64,000 nt of DNA. Source: a virus. Positions 32,581 to 43,455 of this stretch are shown in pieces (within the stretch, counting starts at the first letter, position 1; the number at the start of each line of letters is the position of its first letter). Below the pieces are notes generated by a model. It ran no database searches. It was not told the origin of the DNA and saw only the letters and a program-made list of their open reading frames with translations. A program made the position numbers and the translations under genes. Location: the IMG/VR virus record IMGVR_UViG_3300030329_005813, positions 1 to 64,000 of that record; one strand, 5' to 3'.

Positions 32581-32922
32581 TTAAAAGCTAGAATCTTCTT
32601 TTTCTAGAATATCGAAAATACTTTCTATCTCTTCTTGGTCTAGCAGTAACTTATCAAGTGTTTCGCTTCCTTCATTAATTAGTGCCCTAGACTTTTTAAT
32701 TTTCTTTTTTTGCTTAGAATTCTTTTGCTTCTCTGCTTTCAATTTGTCAACGAAGTTTAGAATATCTGGATCTTGCATTAGGTATCCTGTTAAGATCCCT
32801 CTAAAGAACTTTGCTTGTGATAGACCGTCGTGCGATAATCTTATCTTTAAGTCTGCATATCTTTTATCAGAATCATAAAAGACAATCTTTTTCTTTAGAG
32901 TACCGTAAACTGGATCACTCAT
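32581..32922 (-). CDS. Hypothetical protein
   Basis: ORF track. Confidence 0.6.
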   Translation of the reverse strand: MSDPVYGTLKKKIVFYDSDKRYADLKIRLSHDGLSQAKFFRGILTGYLMQDPDILNFVDKLKAEKQKNSKQKKKIKKSRALINEGSETLDKLLLDQEEIESIFDILEKEDSSF

Positions 32923-33941
32923 AGGCCGTTCCTATGAATATGCGTCGAGCTTTCGACTCGACCTGAGGATGTTTGGCGAATAAACTTTCTTTTCGCTTGT
33001 AGGTCTATGATGCTTTTGGCACCTGTATAAGATAAGCCGCTGCGAATACCAGTTTCTAGATTAGCTAAAACCTGTTTTATTTTGCCTTTATACCTCACTC
33101 GGTGCGAGACTCCTTCCAAAGAAGAGTGTTTACCTCTCCAATCCTGTTGAGCCTCTTTGCTGGCCATGCCTCGATAAGTTTTATAAAATTTGCCGGTATC
33201 ATCGGTTTTTAACTTACCTGGGGTCTCATCTGTTCCGGCCAGCAGTGAACCGAGCATAACAAAGTCTGCACCAGCTGCAAGAGCTTTTACAATATCTCCA
33301 CTATTTCTAATTCCACCATCAGCAATCAAGGTGGCATCCCTCGTCGAACGCGAACAATCTAGAATAGATTGAAAGGTTGGGACGCCATGGCCGGTCTGAA
33401 TCCGGGTAGAGCAAATTGATCCGCCACCAATTCCGACTCTGATTGAATTTGCTCCCCAGTCTGCTAGACTATCGAAGCCCTCAAGAGTGGCCACGTTTCC
33501 AGCCATAATATGTATAGAGTCACCAAATGTTTTTCTCAATGTCTCTAGAGCATATCTCACATTACAGTGGTGTCCGTGAGCCACATCAATACAAAGCATT
33601 CCGGCTTTGCCTTTTTTTACGAGTGCCTGGGCTCTTTCGAGAAAATCACCTGTGGCACCGATGGCGGCGCCGACGATGCATAGATTTTCATCTGCTTTGC
33701 GAACCATTTTAACTTGTTCTTCGATACTATTATAACGATGAATAATACCAAGACCACCTTCACGATACATAGCCATAGCCATCTTTTCTTCTGTCACAGT
33801 GTCCATCGGAGAAGATATAATGGGAATGTCATAATAAACTGAATTTTCCAGATAAGATGAAATACTCACCTCTTTCCTGGAAGTTATTTCAGAATACCTA
33901 GGCTCTAGTAAGACATCATCAAAACTAAGAGCTAGATCCAT
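32919..33941 (-). CDS. guaB: IMP dehydrogenase / GMP reductase (no CBS domains)
   Basis: [41 protein letters not shown]. Confidence 0.88.
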   Translation of the reverse strand: MDLALSFDDVLLEPRYSEITSRKEVSISSYLENSVYYDIPIISSPMDTVTEEKMAMAMYREGGLGIIHRYNSIEEQVKMVRKADENLCIVGAAIGATGDFLERAQALVKKGKAGMLCIDVAHGHHCNVRYALETLRKTFGDSIHIMAGNVATLEGFDSLADWGANSIRVGIGGGSICSTRIQTGHGVPTFQSILDCSRSTRDATLIADGGIRNSGDIVKALAAGADFVMLGSLLAGTDETPGKLKTDDTGKFYKTYRGMASKEAQQDWRGKHSSLEGVSHRVRYKGKIKQVLANLETGIRSGLSYTGAKSIIDLQAKRKFIRQTSSGRVESSTHIHRNGL

Positions 33942-34221
33942 ACTTATCCTCCAAATGCTTTTTAAAGTCTTCTGTGATCTTTTTGGCTTTTTCCCAGCAT
34001 TCTGGGCAATAGAGGCGAACAATCTCTTCTTCACCGTGGATAACAACGCTCCAAGTTAAAGCCATTTGTTTATTGCCTTTGTCAAATGGCTTTTCACAAG
34101 TTAGGCACTCATCTGGAATCTTTCCAAACAGGGCTATCTTACTTTCTAGTTCTCTATTACCTTCAGACTTCGCCTCTTTCATGGCTGCTCTCCGTTGTTC
34201 TCGATTCATCACACCCCCCAA
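33925..34221 (-). CDS. Small C4 zinc-ribbon protein
   Basis: CLTC...CPEC. Confidence 0.6.
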   Translation of the reverse strand: MGGVMNREQRRAAMKEAKSEGNRELESKIALFGKIPDECLTCEKPFDKGNKQMALTWSVVIHGEEEIVRLYCPECWEKAKKITEDFKKHLEDKYGSSS

Positions 34222-34730
34222 ATCGAACGATGGGAAGGTGTAGTAGAACTTTTTGGAGTCGTCGGTGCTTCTTTCTTATCGGTGCTTCCTAGCGCACCAT
34301 CGCCGCGATCACTAAGAGTAATCGGATACCAGTCATAAAGATTGTCATCTGGACTCTCCACAAATCGTGCCGGGACAACCGGGATAAGAACAGCCTGGGC
34401 GATTTTGTCACCCGGGTTAATAGTCCAGGAATGATCTGATAAGTTGTGAAGGTTAACAAATACCTCTCCATCATATCCCGAATCAACAACACAAGCACCG
34501 ACCAACCACTTCTTCTTAGCGGCATTACCAGACCTGTTCATGATTTGAAGCATATATCCATGCGGGATTCCAAACTTCAGTCCTGTTGGAATAATTTTAC
34601 TTTCGCCCTTTTCAATATGTAAAGAGGTGCCATTGTGCGAGTTATAACATAGATCCAAGCCTGCATCAGATGGATTTGCTCGCGTTGGACGATGCTTGCA
34701 GTGTGGCATACAATAATATTCTAAAATCAT
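34209..34730 (-). CDS. dut: dUTPase (trimeric)
   Basis: DAGLDL, RSG, VVDSGYDGE, RGDGALGSTD. Confidence 0.92.
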   Translation of the reverse strand: MILEYYCMPHCKHRPTRANPSDAGLDLCYNSHNGTSLHIEKGESKIIPTGLKFGIPHGYMLQIMNRSGNAAKKKWLVGACVVDSGYDGEVFVNLHNLSDHSWTINPGDKIAQAVLIPVVPARFVESPDDNLYDWYPITLSDRGDGALGSTDKKEAPTTPKSSTTPSHRSIWGV

Positions 34731-35737
34731 TTTTTACTTCCCTTCCTAGGCCCTTTCTTGGCCCTACGTTTTAAATCACCAACCATAAGTCTCTTTTGCG
34801 CGCCCTTAGACACAGCCAAAAAAGTACCGGGTTGATTTTTCTGGTGTTCGACAATTTCTTGTGCCAATCCAGCAGCCATACGATAAGATTTCGGAAACCC
34901 GCTTCGACAATCGCGTTCTATATTGCTTCCAAACCGATCTGGCACCTTGTTGCCAGCCGACTCTAGAAAAAATTGTTCAAACTCTACTCCGCACTCCCCT
35001 CTTGGGCGTAGCTGTGGGTACGTTGAAAAAAGAATGCACAGGGATCGAAGTAACGGGCCGGCTATGATTTTACTTGGTGCAAGAGGATTTTTACACTTCA
35101 TAATTAAATTTTTGGCCTCGGTCAACATCTGAGGGTCGTCCGCAGCCTGATATGCGGCCTTAAGGTGTCCAAAACGAATTTGAGTGCCCATAGGATCACC
35201 AACGACTCCTCCATCCTCATGACTACAATAAACATATAAGCCTGCATTTTTGCATGCCGTCGCGTATTTAACAACCGATTCATCGCCGGCATGGTAATTA
35301 TGGACGAATATTTGTTCACTGCTAATAGGTGTTTTGCAAGTGGCGTTCGTTTGAACAAATAACTTATGAATTTCCTCTTTACTCTCTACGTCAATTACTT
35401 GAACAGGCATGGTTTTTGCGTCTGGATAAGCAAACATAAATAAATGTTTTGAGTGATCTCCATCAAAAATATAAATTTCACCTGTGGACGCAACTCGGCC
35501 TGCTCTGGGCGCTTGCCACAAAGCCCCATCGAATCCTCCACGAACTTTCATGTTCTTTTTGAGAGATGCCAGCTTTGTATCTCGATTAATTAAAGAAGGA
35601 GTATTGATTGGCAGATCCTCCATCCTGGCAGAATAGTCTGCGGCTGTCTTGGGGGCGTCAAGTAAAATGTTCTTTTTAAGCCCCCTATATTCTCCTTCGG
35701 GAAGGGGAACACCTCCCATCGTAATGCGATTACTCAT
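34727..35737 (-). CDS. ParB/DGQHR-like domain protein
   Basis: YIFDGDHS motif followed by E...LF...N. Confidence 0.5.
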   Translation of the reverse strand: MSNRITMGGVPLPEGEYRGLKKNILLDAPKTAADYSARMEDLPINTPSLINRDTKLASLKKNMKVRGGFDGALWQAPRAGRVASTGEIYIFDGDHSKHLFMFAYPDAKTMPVQVIDVESKEEIHKLFVQTNATCKTPISSEQIFVHNYHAGDESVVKYATACKNAGLYVYCSHEDGGVVGDPMGTQIRFGHLKAAYQAADDPQMLTEAKNLIMKCKNPLAPSKIIAGPLLRSLCILFSTYPQLRPRGECGVEFEQFFLESAGNKVPDRFGSNIERDCRSGFPKSYRMAAGLAQEIVEHQKNQPGTFLAVSKGAQKRLMVGDLKRRAKKGPRKGSKK

Positions 35738-36018
35738 GCTCCACCTCGTGCTGCCTTGACGATAGAATCATAAATGGTCACAAACTGATCCATATCAATA
35801 TCATCCTTCATCATTCGGTACGCTTTCACGGTCATAGAAATCTCGTCACCAGTAAGCCAACCCTGACGCTTGAAATCGGCCTTAAGCTCACGCTTTTGCT
35901 CCTTGTAAGGCTCCATAGCCTCCTCAATCGTCTTGAGACTCCTAATATACTCAATCATCTTTTCTGTCTTTTCATCGCGAACTTCTTCTACGATAGCAAT
36001 TTCGTTCTCTGGGAACAT
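35734..36018 (-). CDS. Small dsDNA-binding protein (GapR/T4 DsbA-like)
   Basis: Coiled coil then KRELKADFKRQG...MTVKAYRMMK. Confidence 0.5.
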   Translation of the reverse strand: MFPENEIAIVEEVRDEKTEKMIEYIRSLKTIEEAMEPYKEQKRELKADFKRQGWLTGDEISMTVKAYRMMKDDIDMDQFVTIYDSIVKAARGGA

Positions 36019-36065
36019 CTAACCTCCAAGTTACTTATATAATATAGCATACCTACTTGTACGTG

Positions 36066-37082
36066 TCAAGCATATAAATCAAATGTTTCTGGGTTATCCG
36101 AGAAATACAAGGTTGTATCTGGAAAAGCTTTCCCAATATAATCTTTCATTTCCTGCTCATTCTGGAATAGGATCTCGGACTTTGAGTGATCGTTGAGGCG
36201 CAATTTCCAAATACCAATTTCACGTAAGATGTCAATTTTATTAAATACGACGTGAGTTGCGCCATTTGTTCTGATTGACTTGTTTAGCATGTCATAATTG
36301 AGCCAGTTACACTGACGTGGGCGACCAGTTGTGGCGCCAAACTCATTACCAACTTTTTGAATCTTCCTAAACACCTCTTCATTAGGCTGAAATGGCTTTG
36401 ACCCGACATAAGTTTCGTAAATCTTGGCCACACCCCACACATCTCGTACTGACTGCGGAGGAAGGCCGTTTAATAAGGCTCCTGCGGACGTACAGTGGCT
36501 TGAAGTGACATATGGGTAATCGCCGTGGTCAACGTCCAGTTGATAGCCCTGAGCGCCTTCAAATAGCGCTACAACAGGCTTCTCATTATAGTGCATCTCA
36601 TGAAAGAAGTCAATAAGATAAGGCTTTAGGACTTCAACGTCTTGGGCGCGTTGACCCTTTCTGGCGTACTTGTCCCTATATGCTGGGCCATTACCAGTTT
36701 TTGTGGTGCCGATCTTCTTATCCCTGCTGTCTTCGGTAAGATGCTGTTCTTGAATAATATGTACATTATTAGATATATAAATCAAACCGTTCGTATCAAC
36801 GCCATTTTCATTCAACAGTTGAATCTCTTTGAAGAAATTGTTGATGTTTAAAACGCAACCGGGTCCAATAATAGACTTTACTCCAAAGAAAACACCAGCC
36901 GGGACAGCGTGTGTAACAAACTTTTTCCCTTTGTGATAGATGGTATGGCCAGCATTTCCGCCACCATTGTAACGAACACAGTGTGTATATTCTCGCTCTC
37001 TCAAAAGATTATGGGTTATCTTCCCTTTACCTTCGTCACCGGCCTGAAGACCGACTACAATATCTACCGTCAAACTGCTCAC
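36066..37082 (-). CDS. purA: Adenylosuccinate synthetase
   Basis: GDEGKGK, GGGNAGHT, EGAQG, HGDYPYVTSS, EFGATTGRPR. Confidence 0.93.
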   Translation of the reverse strand: MSSLTVDIVVGLQAGDEGKGKITHNLLREREYTHCVRYNGGGNAGHTIYHKGKKFVTHAVPAGVFFGVKSIIGPGCVLNINNFFKEIQLLNENGVDTNGLIYISNNVHIIQEQHLTEDSRDKKIGTTKTGNGPAYRDKYARKGQRAQDVEVLKPYLIDFFHEMHYNEKPVVALFEGAQGYQLDVDHGDYPYVTSSHCTSAGALLNGLPPQSVRDVWGVAKIYETYVGSKPFQPNEEVFRKIQKVGNEFGATTGRPRQCNWLNYDMLNKSIRTNGATHVVFNKIDILREIGIWKLRLNDHSKSEILFQNEQEMKDYIGKAFPDTTLYFSDNPETFDLYA

Positions 37083-37126
37083 TAATCACCTCATTTTGTA
37101 TATTTATTATAGCACACTAAAACGTA

Positions 37127-40100
37127 TTACGCAAGTGCTTTCCAAGTTTTATATGCTCGGCCTCGGGTAGAAAATCCCCATTCTAGACTATATTGCGGAC
37201 GAATCATATAGGGCTTATTTATCTGAATGTTATCGCCACCCCTGATATCAACGCCCCAGCACCGCACCCTAATATTAGAAGAGTTGCTGTCTGTTGCTTC
37301 AACAATCAAATAGTCTTTACCGTTCTTTGTCTTTTTAGGTACAATCTTACGAGGAATCAACCAGACAACTTGTAAATCTGGATCGTACTCGGAGATTGGC
37401 GGAATAGCCATAGCACTTAGCTTCGTCATAATCTCAGAATTAATAACTTTATCAATCGGAAACTGCCCGGTTAGGTCGACAAGAGATTGAATCTTCTCTT
37501 CCTCGGTAAAGTCACCTTCGGGAGCATAAAGTTCTATATTGGCCTCAAGGTTCTTAAGCTTTCGAGGACGATCAACAGCAACAGCAGACCAAAAGTGCTT
37601 CAAGCCTGTGAAGCGATTGTCCATAAGCGGTGTCAAGGTGCCTGAGCGAACAAGAACATCAAGCGACTTCTTGTTAAGCTTGGAATAACGTATCTCCTCG
37701 TTAAACAAGAAGCTTTCAACCGAGTCAAAGGGGCGACCGATAAAAATCTGGTCAATAGCGGCGTCCCCAAGGCCCTTGATTGATGTTAGGGGCTGGATAA
37801 GGCGCTTACCGTCTTTGCTAATTTCCCAGACTCTACCGGAAGTATTAATATTTAAGGGCTCAATCTCAAAACCAAACTGCTTGGCGATTGCAATAGCTTT
37901 TTCTTTACGGGTCTCTGGCTCCTTATCGAGAAACGCTGCCATCCAACACTCAGGATAGTAGTTTAGAAGCCAAGCACACTGGAATGAAATCATCGAGTAA
38001 GACACGGCATGTGATTTATTGAAGCCATAGCCAGAGAAGTATTCGAAGGTGTCCCAGAGGCGCTGGGCCTCTTTCTGTGTCATGCCGTGCAGTTCCAAAC
38101 AGCCCTGCATAAACTTCTCATACAAAGCCATCTTAACCTTGGCCGCTTTTCCAGTGCCCTTCTTGGTAAGCACCTTTCGAAGCATATTAGCCTCGTCCAG
38201 AGACAGATCCTTGCCCAACTTATGAGCCAGCATAGCAATCTGCTCTTGGAAAATAAGGAAACCATTCGTCTCCTCGGTCACTTCGCGATGAGTATCGTTG
38301 ATATATCTGACCATACCGGGGCTCTTTCGCGTCTTAACGAAGTCCTTGTCAACGTTCGCCGACAAGGGGCCAGGACGAAAGATAGAAGTGATAGCAGAGA
38401 TATCAATAATGTTTGTTGGCACCACCTGTTTGCAGAGATTCTGTGCTCCGCTTTCTGTGAACTGGAACGTGCCGGCCCACTTACCTGATTGAAATATGTT
38501 TTTGTAGATCTCTTGATCATTAAAGTCGATAACATCAGGATGAAGCATTTGATTGTAATAGTCCTTGACATCGGCGAAAGTTGGCTCTTTAATACCCTTC
38601 TCACGCTTAAGGATGTGCCGGATGGCACCATCAATCATACGCAGGGTAGAGAGGCCCAAGACATCATATTTAATAAAGCCCATAGGCTCCAAGTGCCGAA
38701 CGTTCTGCCCCTCGGACCACGGCGTTTGACGCACGTCCTTCGAGGAGATAAGCGGCATATGATGGTCAAGATTCTCGGCAATCACAACGCCACCAGCGTG
38801 ACGAGAACAGGAACGGACCTGCCCGTATAGAGCATCAACGTGTGTTGCGACATTCGGATACTTAGCCAGGAAAGAGCGAAGAGTCGTTGAGAACTCCTTT
38901 ACTTCCTCGAATGTTGGAGTATACACACCAGCCTTGATACCGTGCTTTTTCTTTGCGGCGGTTGTTGCCTCAAACATCATCTTTCCGGTTACGGCGTTGA
39001 CCTCGTGGAAAGGAATATCATAAAGTTTAGAGATATCCTTGATAAGTGACTTCAACTGGAGTGTATTCCAGTTAGAGATTGGAGCAACAGTGTTGCTGCC
39101 CCACTTCTCCACCAGAAGTTCTTTCAGCTTCATTGGCTCGGCTACATCATAGTCAATATCTGGGTAGTCGGTGGCATCGGAACGAAGGAACCGTGCGAAC
39201 TGAAGTCCATATTTAAGAGGGTCTACCTGGGTAATATCCAAAGCATATGCCACCAGGGAGCCTGCCGCAGAACCACGGCCTGGACCAGTAAGCATCACCT
39301 CGTTGGCGACCTTCGTGATCTCATTCATTGTCAAGAAATACTTGGAGAAACCTCGATCAGAGATAACTGATAGTTCGTGTTCCAAGCGCGAAGTATATTC
39401 TTCGTTTTCGTGCAGATTCTTGGCCCGCAATCCCTCAAAACAAAACTTGCGGAGAGCAGAGTCTGCCGTTTCACCCACAGGAATAACAAAGTCGGGCAGT
39501 CGAACTGTATTATCGGGCATAAACCTTTCGATTCGTTCGTGAGCAATACGATGCGTAGTGGTTATAGAATCAAGAACTAGCTTATCATCATACTCTGTTT
39601 CGCACTGGGCGGAATACTTTTTGTACGACTCCCACATCTGTTCGCCATTCTTAGGATACAACTCGTATCCGATCTCATCGACATCAACGGGAAGTTCCCC
39701 GTTATCAGCCCACGAGGGTCGGCCACGACCAAGCCACCCTAGACGCTTGTAAAGCTCTCTATCCTTCCAGGCGTCGGGGTTCGGATAATGACTGTCAGCC
39801 GTCGAGATCATCTCAACACCAAACTCCTCGCACACTTGGATGATATACTTATTAAGCTCGTGTTGCTCTGGAATGTTGTTCCATTGTAACTCGCCATACC
39901 ATCGATCACCAAAGACTTCCTGCATCCGGCGTGTAACATCACGCATAGCCTCTAGAACGGCTTCAGGGCCTTCCTCACGGTTTTCCCAGTAACACCCAGC
40001 GTAGACCCCACCTAAGCAAGCCGAGGCCGCTATGACCCCTTCAGAGTGCTTAGCGAGCAGGTCATAGTCAAGACGCGGGAAGCGATAAAAATTCTCGGGT

Positions 40101-40579
40101 TCATAGCTCAACGAGATCAACTTAAACAGGTTGTTCAAGCCAGTCTGGTTCTGGGCTAGGAGGACAAGGTGCCTTCGGCGATTTAGGATATTTCTTGCGG
40201 CTTTTTTAGACTCGCCCTCATCCTCGACCGTTGTGCCCTTGGTTTCTGCTTTTTTGGCAGCCCGTGCAGCTTTCTTGTCCTGCATCACGCGATCATAATC
40301 TTCACGCCACTCCGCGATGGAGGGTACAAAGTAAGCTTCCACCCCAAAAATAGGCTTGAAGTCCTTGCCTTCAGCCTGCATCTTCTTGGCGTGCAAAACT
40401 TGCCAAGCTAGACCATTCATATTTCCATGATCCGTAAGAGCTAGCGCAGTCGCACCATTTTCATAGGCAAAATCCATATGCTCTTGTGGATAGCCTAGGC
40501 CATCAAAGATAGAGCCTGCAACGCTGTGTGCGTGCAGACCCACGAATGGAATATCTTTTTTATTCATTGTATCCCCCAA
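37127..40579 (-). CDS. dnaE: DNA polymerase III alpha subunit
   Basis: PHP domain (LHAHS, TDHG, DSHY), GRGSAAGS, PDIDYD, HAGG, KYDVLGL, YGFNKSH. Confidence 0.95.
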   Translation of the reverse strand: MGDTMNKKDIPFVGLHAHSVAGSIFDGLGYPQEHMDFAYENGATALALTDHGNMNGLAWQVLHAKKMQAEGKDFKPIFGVEAYFVPSIAEWREDYDRVMQDKKAARAAKKAETKGTTVEDEGESKKAARNILNRRRHLVLLAQNQTGLNNLFKLISLSYEPENFYRFPRLDYDLLAKHSEGVIAASACLGGVYAGCYWENREEGPEAVLEAMRDVTRRMQEVFGDRWYGELQWNNIPEQHELNKYIIQVCEEFGVEMISTADSHYPNPDAWKDRELYKRLGWLGRGRPSWADNGELPVDVDEIGYELYPKNGEQMWESYKKYSAQCETEYDDKLVLDSITTTHRIAHERIERFMPDNTVRLPDFVIPVGETADSALRKFCFEGLRAKNLHENEEYTSRLEHELSVISDRGFSKYFLTMNEITKVANEVMLTGPGRGSAAGSLVAYALDITQVDPLKYGLQFARFLRSDATDYPDIDYDVAEPMKLKELLVEKWGSNTVAPISNWNTLQLKSLIKDISKLYDIPFHEVNAVTGKMMFEATTAAKKKHGIKAGVYTPTFEEVKEFSTTLRSFLAKYPNVATHVDALYGQVRSCSRHAGGVVIAENLDHHMPLISSKDVRQTPWSEGQNVRHLEPMGFIKYDVLGLSTLRMIDGAIRHILKREKGIKEPTFADVKDYYNQMLHPDVIDFNDQEIYKNIFQSGKWAGTFQFTESGAQNLCKQVVPTNIIDISAITSIFRPGPLSANVDKDFVKTRKSPGMVRYINDTHREVTEETNGFLIFQEQIAMLAHKLGKDLSLDEANMLRKVLTKKGTGKAAKVKMALYEKFMQGCLELHGMTQKEAQRLWDTFEYFSGYGFNKSHAVSYSMISFQCAWLLNYYPECWMAAFLDKEPETRKEKAIAIAKQFGFEIEPLNINTSGRVWEISKDGKRLIQPLTSIKGLGDAAIDQIFIGRPFDSVESFLFNEEIRYSKLNKKSLDVLVRSGTLTPLMDNRFTGLKHFWSAVAVDRPRKLKNLEANIELYAPEGDFTEEEKIQSLVDLTGQFPIDKVINSEIMTKLSAMAIPPISEYDPDLQVVWLIPRKIVPKKTKNGKDYLIVEATDSNSSNIRVRCWGVDIRGGDNIQINKPYMIRPQYSLEWGFSTRGRAYKTWKALA

Positions 40580-40587
40580 TTTATATA

Positions 40588-40773
40588 TTACACGCTTTTG
40601 ATTGCGTTGTCAACAATTTTCATAACATTATCGACTGTCTCACGATGTTCACCGGGAAAAGTAAGGTTCATGATGTCCACTCGAATACGTCCGAGCGCTC
40701 GCTCAAGATTTGTTTCGCGCAACTTAGTTTCTTCAAGCTTTTTAAATAGCTCCATTTTAGTTATTGTCGGCAT
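40588..40773 (-). CDS. Small hypothetical protein
   Basis: AGGAG RBS. Confidence 0.5.
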   Translation of the reverse strand: MPTITKMELFKKLEETKLRETNLERALGRIRVDIMNLTFPGEHRETVDNVMKIVDNAIKSV

Positions 40774-41614
40774 TATTTACTCCTATTGGGTTAAGTTCTC
40801 TATAAGATATGACTAATTTTCCAGGGTGCCTCATCTCGCTCTTTTCCTCAGATCCGAGATATTTGCAATATGAGTCCCAGCTATCAATTTGATAGAACCA
40901 GGGTGTCTCTAACTTTCCCTGCTCTCTTATTATAACACAATCAAATGTTTTGTCAAGAGAAAATTTATTCTTGAAGTATGCTTTTTCATCTTCAAGCTCT
41001 TGGCCTAATAATAGGCTGTTTTCTATTTTGTAAAATTCTTTTTGTATCGTCTTAAGCTGCTTTAAATTAAAGGTAAAACCTAAATAATTTCCTGTTCCAA
41101 CTGATGCGTCTTGATAGGTTAGAAAAAAATTATCTTGCTTATTGATCTCCAGACGATGGGGCCGCAATATGTCCGGAGGGTATACCGCGTATGGGAAGGC
41201 CACATAAAAGACCGATGGGGCCAACCATTTGCTTATGGAGCTGCCAATCTTGTTGGCAACAGAAGCGCCCCTCACGATTGACCAAGATATACAATGTTCT
41301 TTATTGTCGTGCTCGTCGCGACACGGAACATAAAAAATAGGAATCAAAGAACGCTTGTTTGAAGGAAATCTACACTTCCTACCTAACCAAACTGGGTCTT
41401 GTATGTAGTCCCCTAGCCTGTGTCTTACTAATGGTGTAACGTTGTCGTTGGCTACGATCCATATTGTCTTACAGCCGGCATATGCACACTCTAGCACGGC
41501 CCTTTCGATAGCATAATAATTTGGCGCGATGGGCATTAAACAATCGTGCCAATCTAAGTTATAGTCCATAGGCTCTGTAACAATGGGAACTACTCCCACT
41601 AAATGACGATTCAT
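40757..41614 (-). CDS. Divergent sugar-nucleotidyltransferase-like protein
   Basis: VGVVPI...CLMPI...AGCKTIWIV resembles the NTP_transferase N-terminus but lacks GxGTR. Confidence 0.5.
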   Translation of the reverse strand: MNRHLVGVVPIVTEPMDYNLDWHDCLMPIAPNYYAIERAVLECAYAGCKTIWIVANDNVTPLVRHRLGDYIQDPVWLGRKCRFPSNKRSLIPIFYVPCRDEHDNKEHCISWSIVRGASVANKIGSSISKWLAPSVFYVAFPYAVYPPDILRPHRLEINKQDNFFLTYQDASVGTGNYLGFTFNLKQLKTIQKEFYKIENSLLLGQELEDEKAYFKNKFSLDKTFDCVIIREQGKLETPWFYQIDSWDSYCKYLGSEEKSEMRHPGKLVISYRELNPIGVNNADNN

Positions 41615-42465
41615 AGCGCCTCACATAGTTTGCGAAAAAATCCTGTAGGCTTGGTGCCATTCTCTACGATCTGCTCTATAGAGTCATAACAAAACTCAAA
41701 ACGATCATCTGGCTTATAATAGCGTATACTGTTCGAAAATACCTGTCTTTCGGCAGGTTCTACTTTTATTGCGTAGTATTTGTAGCGGTCTGGTCGAAGC
41801 TGATCTCTACCATTTCGAGCCCCACGAATACCGGCTGCTTTCATCATTTTAATAATTTTAAACTTTGCCATCGTATCGGAAAAATCAAAATCTTTCAGTT
41901 CTTCATCGGTCAAGTATGAGATAGCAACTAAATCTTTTAATTTACCACTATCAAGTCGTCCTGAGGTATAAAAAAATATCTCTTTTATAAACTGCTCATC
42001 ACTTTCCAGATAATCAACACCATGCCGGCATCCACTACGAACATTAACCCAATCAATAACTGTATTCTTTCTTTTCTCTTCTTTTGTAACTCTTGGTAGG
42101 CCCGTAATCTTCTCATCGTCAAAAATAACCAATTTGTTAAAATTATACTTAATAACTCTAGAGCCAGAAGAAACAGTTAAACTTTTGTCTTTGACTCTTA
42201 AGGTATTGTCCATCTCATTTACCAACACAAGACCAGAAAGACCCAGAAGAAAAATTAGTTTTTCCCAGATCTCCCTGCTTGTCGTTGTTTCATTTACATC
42301 AATATTCAGTTTCGTTAGATCATCACAAGGAAAAAGATCAAAACGAAAAGGAGGTAAAGGCCCACTGTAAACCACTGGTAGGCTTCGAAGACTTGCGTAC
42401 AGTAGCGCTCTAATACACCCTCCAACCACAATCCTATCTTTTTCAAATTCTAGGTTCCTTTTCAT
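41611..42465 (-). CDS. Hypothetical protein with degenerate Rossmann-like start
   Basis: RIVVGGCIRALLYA. Confidence 0.55.
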   Translation of the reverse strand: MKRNLEFEKDRIVVGGCIRALLYASLRSLPVVYSGPLPPFRFDLFPCDDLTKLNIDVNETTTSREIWEKLIFLLGLSGLVLVNEMDNTLRVKDKSLTVSSGSRVIKYNFNKLVIFDDEKITGLPRVTKEEKRKNTVIDWVNVRSGCRHGVDYLESDEQFIKEIFFYTSGRLDSGKLKDLVAISYLTDEELKDFDFSDTMAKFKIIKMMKAAGIRGARNGRDQLRPDRYKYYAIKVEPAERQVFSNSIRYYKPDDRFEFCYDSIEQIVENGTKPTGFFRKLCEAL

Positions 42466-42473
42466 CTAGCTTA

Positions 42474-42623
42474 TTATGCTTTGCCCTGACCACGATACTT
42501 TTTTCTGTAGCCCTTGGGCACTGTACCGCCAGAGTTCTTTGATTTATACTTAGTATTCTTGCTGTTTCCAATACTTGTTTTTTTAGCCCTCCCATCGGGA
42601 GACCAACCACTTTTAGCTGCCAT
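42474..42623 (-). CDS. 49-aa basic peptide ending KKYRGQGKA; not in ORF track
   Basis: Manual translation; AAGGAG RBS. Confidence 0.6.
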   Translation of the reverse strand: MAAKSGWSPDGRAKKTSIGNSKNTKYKSKNSGGTVPKGYRKKYRGQGKA

Positions 42624-42943
42624 TATAAACTCCTTCGAAGCCTAGAGACTTCCTCTCTCAAGATTAAAACTTCTTCGCGAATTGCTTTAAGGCGGAAATT
42701 TGAGGATTCGCTTAATTTGACCAAATCATCGCATCCACCAATAAATTCATCTCCCAAAAAGATAACTGGGACTGTTTTTTGGCCCGTGTCTTCAATGATC
42801 ATTTCGCGAAGATTAAGATCTTTCGTGACATCAATTGAGTGTAGGCTGCACTTGAGTTCATTTAAAATCACATCTTTTGCCTTATCACAAAAGGGACATC
42901 CGTCCTTAATGTACATCTTAAACGCCGTTCTATTATCTAACAT
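42623..42943 (-). CDS. Glutaredoxin
   Basis: CPFC, TVPVIF, IGGCDDL. Confidence 0.9.
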   Translation of the reverse strand: MLDNRTAFKMYIKDGCPFCDKAKDVILNELKCSLHSIDVTKDLNLREMIIEDTGQKTVPVIFLGDEFIGGCDDLVKLSESSNFRLKAIREEVLILREEVSRLRRSL

Positions 42944-42946
42944 TAC

Positions 42947-43225
42947 TTATTCTCCATTTTCTCGGTTTGAAGTGTCTAAAGGAACATTTTCTATTAAATT
43001 CTCTGGTAACAAGAGCTTCCATAATTCACCATACAAATCTAAAAGAATAGATTTATCCGTATTGGGAATTTGCAACTCGCTGTGTTCTTCTTCTGTGATG
43101 AACCTATTTCTTTTAAGAGTAGTTAATACCATATTTGTCATTAAATTGATATCTTTTTCTTCTAGGTTTGATCCTTCTGGCAAGGCCGCTATTAATGTGG
43201 CTTTAATTTGATCGGTTAAGTTCAA
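42947..43225 (-). CDS. Hypothetical protein
   Basis: ORF track. Confidence 0.55.
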   Translation of the reverse strand: MNLTDQIKATLIAALPEGSNLEEKDINLMTNMVLTTLKRNRFITEEEHSELQIPNTDKSILLDLYGELWKLLLPENLIENVPLDTSNRENGE

Positions 43226-43455
43226 TCTTTCTTCTCTTGGTCGGGTACTGGGCGCAAATAATAAACTTTTTTCTTATTCGGGGGCTCTTCTTCATATTCT
43301 TGCATTTGACGAAACAAATCTTCAGCAGTTTTTACAGAACCGCGAAAATAACCCTCGTCGTAAGCTGACTTCCAAGTATAACGCTCCACTGCAAATGTCC
43401 ACCCTACAAAACCAGCAATACAAATAATAATTAGTATCTCATTCACTCTTCGCAC
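43222..43455 (-). CDS. Small membrane protein
   Basis: N-terminal transmembrane segment. Confidence 0.55.
   Translation of the reverse strand: MRRVNEILIIICIAGFVGWTFAVERYTWKSAYDEGYFRGSVKTAEDLFRQMQEYEEEPPNKKKVYYLRPVPDQEKKD

Noticed and set aside
36066-37082. PurZ / 2-aminoadenine (Z-genome) pathway
   Set aside because: The protein has the canonical PurA GDEGKGK with catalytic Asp rather than the PurZ Ser variant, and no dATPase/MazZ-like genes are adjacent
37127-40579. Intein or intron in dnaE (also considered for nrdJ, helicase, recA)
   Set aside because: Lengths are ordinary, reading frames are continuous and no intein splice-junction or LAGLIDADG blocks were noticed
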